Below the pieces are notes generated by a model. The model was given only the letters and a program-made list of their open reading frames with translations. It was not told where the DNA came from and did not search any database. Position numbers and translations under genes: made by a program. A stretch of 64,000 bases of DNA from Chiloscyllium plagiosum (Eukaryota): positions 41,239,129 through 41,303,128 of the forward strand of contig NC_057719.1 of NCBI RefSeq assembly GCF_004010195.1. Reading direction: 5' to 3'. Positions 61,900 to 64,000 of this stretch are shown here, piece by piece (the first letter of the stretch is position 1; each line of letters begins with the position of its first letter).

Positions 61900-63826
61900 T
61901 ATCTGTCTTCATTGACTGTCACTGGTGAGGTGCTGGAATATTGGAGAGTGGCTAATGTTGTGCCATTACTTAAGAAAGGCTGCAATAAAAAGGCAGGGAT
62001 AAGAACTGGTGAGCCTAGTATCTCCGGTGGGTAAGTTGTTGGAGGGGATTCTAAGAACCAGGATCTACTTGTTTACATGCATTTGAAAAGGTAAGAGATG
62101 AGTCTTTGTGCGTGGAAAATTATGTCTCGCAAACTTGATTGAGATTTTTGAACAGGAGACCAAGAAGATAAATGAAGGCAGAGCAGTTAATGGATTTTAG
62201 CAAGGCCTTTGACAAGGTTCCACAAGGTTCACACGGTTAAACAAGCAAGCCAATTGGTTACAAAATTGATGGTAGGAGACAGAGGTAGTAGTAGAGGGTT
62301 GTTGTTCAGGCTGGAGGCTGATGACAAGCGAGGTGTGGCAAGGATCAGTGCTGGGTCCACTGTTGTTCACCTTTTATATAAACAATTTGGATGGAAATGT
62401 AGGATCTAGACCAACAGGTTTATTTGAAATCACAAGCTTTCAGGTCTGACAGAGGGGCAGCACTCTGAAAGCTTGTGATTTCAAATAAACCTGTTGGGCT
62501 ATAACCCTGGTGGCGTGTGACTTTTGACCTTGTCCACCCCTGTCCAACACCTGCACCTCTACATCGAGATTATAGGAGACATGGTGAGTTAGTTTGTGGA
62601 TGACATCAAAATTGGTGCTCGTGCCGCTTGTAAGGAAAGTTATCTAAGAGTACAATGGGATCTTGATCAACTGGGCCTAGGAATAACAGATAGGATTTAA
62701 TTCAGATATATGTGAGGTAATGCGTTTGGTAAGACAAATCAGGGCAGGACTTACACAGTTAATAGTAGGGCCCTGGGGAGTGTTGTTGAACAGAGAGACC
62801 TGGGGTACAGGTACATAGTACCTTGAACATGGCATTGCAAGTGAACAAGGTGGTGAAAAAGGCATTTGGCATGCTTGCCTTCCTTGGTCGACAGCTGAAA
62901 AATGTGTTGCTGGAAAAGCACAGCAGGTCAGGCAGCATCAAAGGAGCAGGAGAATCGATGTTTCGAAACGTCGATTCTCCTGCTCCTTTGATGCTGCCTG
63001 ACCTGCTGCGCTTTTCCAGCAACACATTTTTCAGCTCTGATCTCCAGCATCTGCAGTCCTCACTTTTTCCTTGGTCGGCACACTGAGTACAGGAATTGGG
63101 ACATTGTGTTATAGCTGTAAACCAAATTTGTAAGGCCGCTTTTGAAGTACTGTGTACAGTTCTCATAGCCCTGCTGTAGGAAGGATGCTATTAAACTGGA
63201 AAGGGTGCAAAGAAGATTTACAAGAATGTTACCAAGATTGAAAGGTTTGAGGTATAAGGGGAGGCTGCAACTTTTCTCCTTGGAGCATTGGAGGCTGGAG
63301 GGTGGCTTTATAGACATTTATATAATTATGAGGGTCATGACATCATGACGTGTTTTTCTGCTGACATTTTGTCATCTCGCTAAGTAACATTGTCAGTGCA
63401 TCTCTGAGGAAGCTTTGGTGGTCTGTCCTGCCTGGTAGGAATTTACAACCTGAGCTACAAATCTTTTCAAAAAACTCTTATGAGAGGCACAGATAAGGTG
63501 AATAGCCATGGTCTTTTCCCCAGGGTAAGGATGTTCAAAACGAGAAGGCATAAGTTTAAGGTAGAGGAGAAATATTTAAAAGGGAACTGAGGGGCAACTG
63601 TTTTCACAAAGAGGGTGATGCATATAAGGAATGCGCTGCAGAGGAAGTGGTAAAGGCGTGTATAATTGCAGCATTTAGAAGTAATTTGAACAAGAATACG
63701 GATAGGAAAGGCTTAGAGGGATATGGGCCAAATGTAGAAAAATGGGCCTGGTTCAGTTTAGGAAACCTGGTTGTCATGGATGAGCTGGGCTGAAGAGCCT
63801 GTTTCCATGATGTATGATTCTATGAT
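61900..63826 (+). mobile_element. CR1 LINE ORF2 with two PLE-terminus insertions (62405-62565 and 62891-63066)
   Basis: WRVANVVPL, DFSKAFDKV, VVKKAFGMLAF; ctatgat tail. Confidence 0.9.
62893..63036. repeat. 144-bp spacerless palindrome made of PLE termini
   Basis: 72-bp arms centred on tttc|gaaa with 2 mismatches; TSD ttccttggtcg at 62880-62890 and 63067-63077. Confidence 0.95.
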
Positions 63827-64000
63827 ATCTCTTTCAATGATGGCACCTTCTTCTTGTTGATCTCAATGACTGCAGCTCCTCTCAGCACCCCTTCCTCTAC
63901 CCATGCTCAAAACACTCACTTTCTACCTTTTCCTTCTAGACCCTCTGCATAAGTATTGCATGAGGAGGCCCCATGATCACCTCTTGTTTTATCAGTAGCC

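Overview
Eukaryotic, repeat-dominated, non-coding DNA, most likely from a shark. The taxon is inferred from HE1/V-SINEs, SacSINE1-like DeuSINEs and CR1/HER1-type LINEs. I recognise no host protein-coding gene, and nearly all listed ORFs are transposon fragments or chance frames. Contents: many CR1-group LINE copies (two young multi-kb ones), at least three Penelope-like element (PLE) families, a decayed Gypsy pol, several decayed Harbinger elements (Myb/SANT plus transposase), TcMar and hAT MITEs, SINEs, and a ~3.2 kb 44/45-bp minisatellite interrupted by a PLE. The most notable items are: (i) minimal hammerhead-ribozyme cores in the termini of all three PLE families; (ii) short, often palindromic PLE-terminus insertions, each with its own 11-16 bp target-site duplication; (iii) a minisatellite that appears to have expanded inside an exon-like, in-frame unique segment; (iv) repeat-poor islands with transcription-factor-like motifs and candidate + strand exons. 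All family calls were made by eye from motifs and translations without any database search, and repeat boundaries are approximate.
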